From: an uncultured Planctomycetaceae bacterium
GTDB taxonomy: Bacteria > Planctomycetota > Phycisphaerae > SM23-33
NCBI GenBank assembly: GCA_964401385.1
Contig: CAYNYF010000007.1
Span: forward strand, 3,206 to 67,205
Direction of reading: 5' to 3'
DNA: 64,000 nt
Shown here piece by piece: positions 63,197-64,000 of the stretch; the first letter of the stretch is position 1, and every line of letters begins with the position of its first letter. The notes below the pieces were generated by a model, which was not told the origin of the DNA, searched no databases, and worked only from the letters and a program-made list of their open reading frames with translations. The position numbers and the translations under genes were made by a program.

Positions 63197-64000
63197 TCAC
63201 TTCATCTTCCCTTGGGTTACCTCAAGACCGTCTCTGTAGACGAAGGGTATCGTGTAACTTTTCGAGCCGTTGCGCTTCACCTCCAGGCTCAGAACACCAA
63301 CCGACACTAGGTCATCGACGACAGATTGCCAGTTCGTTCCGAGAATTGCGCCCATTGCACTTGCAGTGTACTCCGCCTTGCCCTTGACGAACTTCTTAAT
63401 GAACGTCCACAGGTGCGGGAACTCTGCTTCCAGGTACGTCTCCCGCTTACGCTTTGAAAGTTCTTTCAGCCCGTATCGGATAGCTGCAGCTCCGATTATT
63501 TCAGCAGAGGTGCCCGACGGGTTAGCGTTGAAATCGTCCTGCTGGCGCTGCTTCGCCTTGGTGAGCAAATCTATGACGTCGCGCGGGGTGACAACTCCCT
63601 TTCCGTCTTGGGTGTGGGTGTAGATCCAGCGCAGCGTGGGGCTCTGGCGTGACCCACGGTGAACTGTCTTCGGGAAGACTCGGTAGAAGAGCTCCTCGCG
63701 GTAGGCTTGATTAGCCTCCAGTCGTGCTGTCTCAACGCTCAGGTACGAGGCTAAATCGCGGCACGCGAATAGTCTCTTTACAATCATCGTCAAGATTTGG
63801 TTTTCGGACCATTTCAGGGTGTCAGCCTGCCTCGCCGTGACGTGCGTCAGGGCGGTAAATCCGTTCCCTTCGGCAACTATTTGCTCAAGTATGTCATCGC
63901 GCAAGAATACTTTGACTCTTATCTGCTTCGATTCAAATATGCGCAGTGTCCTGAGAAGAGCGCGGAGGGCACGGGTCTCAACAGCGGAACGACGTGGGAA
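63197..64000 (-). CDS. hypothetical protein, low-GC (about 50 percent), 5' end beyond window edge
   Basis: The minus-strand frame is open from 63197 to the end of the window. The TTG called as start at 63904 is internal. Composition differs markedly from the rest of the window. No family recognised. Confidence 0.6.
   Translation of the reverse strand, partial: FPRRSAVETRALRALLRTLRIFESKQIRVKVFLRDDILEQIVAEGNGFTALTHVTARQADTLKWSENQILTMIVKRLFACRDLASYLSVETARLEANQAYREELFYRVFPKTVHRGSRQSPTLRWIYTHTQDGKGVVTPRDVIDLLTKAKQRQQDDFNANPSGTSAEIIGAAAIRYGLKELSKRKRETYLEAEFPHLWTFIKKFVKGKAEYTASAMGAILGTNWQSVVDDLVSVGVLSLEVKRNGSKSYTIPFVYRDGLEVTQGKMK

Overview
This window is high-GC (about 68-70 percent over most of its length) chromosomal DNA with planctomycete-like content: large secreted or membrane proteins, vWA/Bat-like clusters, and very long antisense ORFs that are compositional artefacts. 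I call about 45 protein-coding genes and find no rRNA, tRNA or CRISPR array.

Gene content, in order:
- 1-12719: an operon-like cluster of a 5'-truncated vWA membrane protein, a 1085-aa vWA plus ThuA-like membrane protein, a 2057-aa Gln/Ala-rich coiled-coil giant protein carrying internal tandem repeats, and a prenyltransferase/squalene-cyclase-repeat protein.
- 12741-15638: an orphan histidine kinase, acpS, and a PIN/TRAM protein.
- 16059-23211: the addB-addA helicase-nuclease pair on the minus strand.
- 23277-25943: an unusual UbiB/ABC1-like kinase-fold domain fused to a polytopic membrane domain.
- 25957-28696: pgpA, pgsA and rimO on the minus strand.
- 28883-31657: a secreted transglutaminase-like protein and a PAS-PP2C phosphatase.
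- 31855-36110: two tandem, strongly paralogous secreted proteins of about 700 aa and unknown function.
- 36107-40764: an alkaline-phosphatase-family lipoprotein, an MDR dehydrogenase plus URO-D-like pair, and purE.
- 40861-46744: an ABC exporter with an N-terminal zinc-ribbon extension, a DUF1854-like partner, and a GH38 alpha-mannosidase.
- 46775-56888: an Amidase_3 lipoprotein, a Zn-dependent dehydrogenase, metG with two small upstream genes, PSP1/RicT, an Amidase_2 lipoprotein, and an SH3b protein.
- 57046-61441: a HIT-dgt operon followed by a perfect 797-bp tandem duplication of the dgt 3' half, then a polytopic membrane protein.

The most interesting region is the 3' end of the window (about 61.4-64 kb). 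It holds a frameshifted, truncated IS5/IS1182-like transposase remnant, then a DUF4160/DUF2442 (toxin-antitoxin-like) gene pair bracketed by roughly 85-bp direct repeats, then a low-GC (about 50 percent) gene running off the window edge. This looks like the edge of an accessory island.

Other signals worth a second look:
- a GC-rich roughly 70-nt intergenic element present in two copies;
- a cluster of CACGAAT/ATTCGTG motifs downstream of addA;
- a shared GGGAG(AG)TATAATCTA 14-mer upstream of two unrelated genes.
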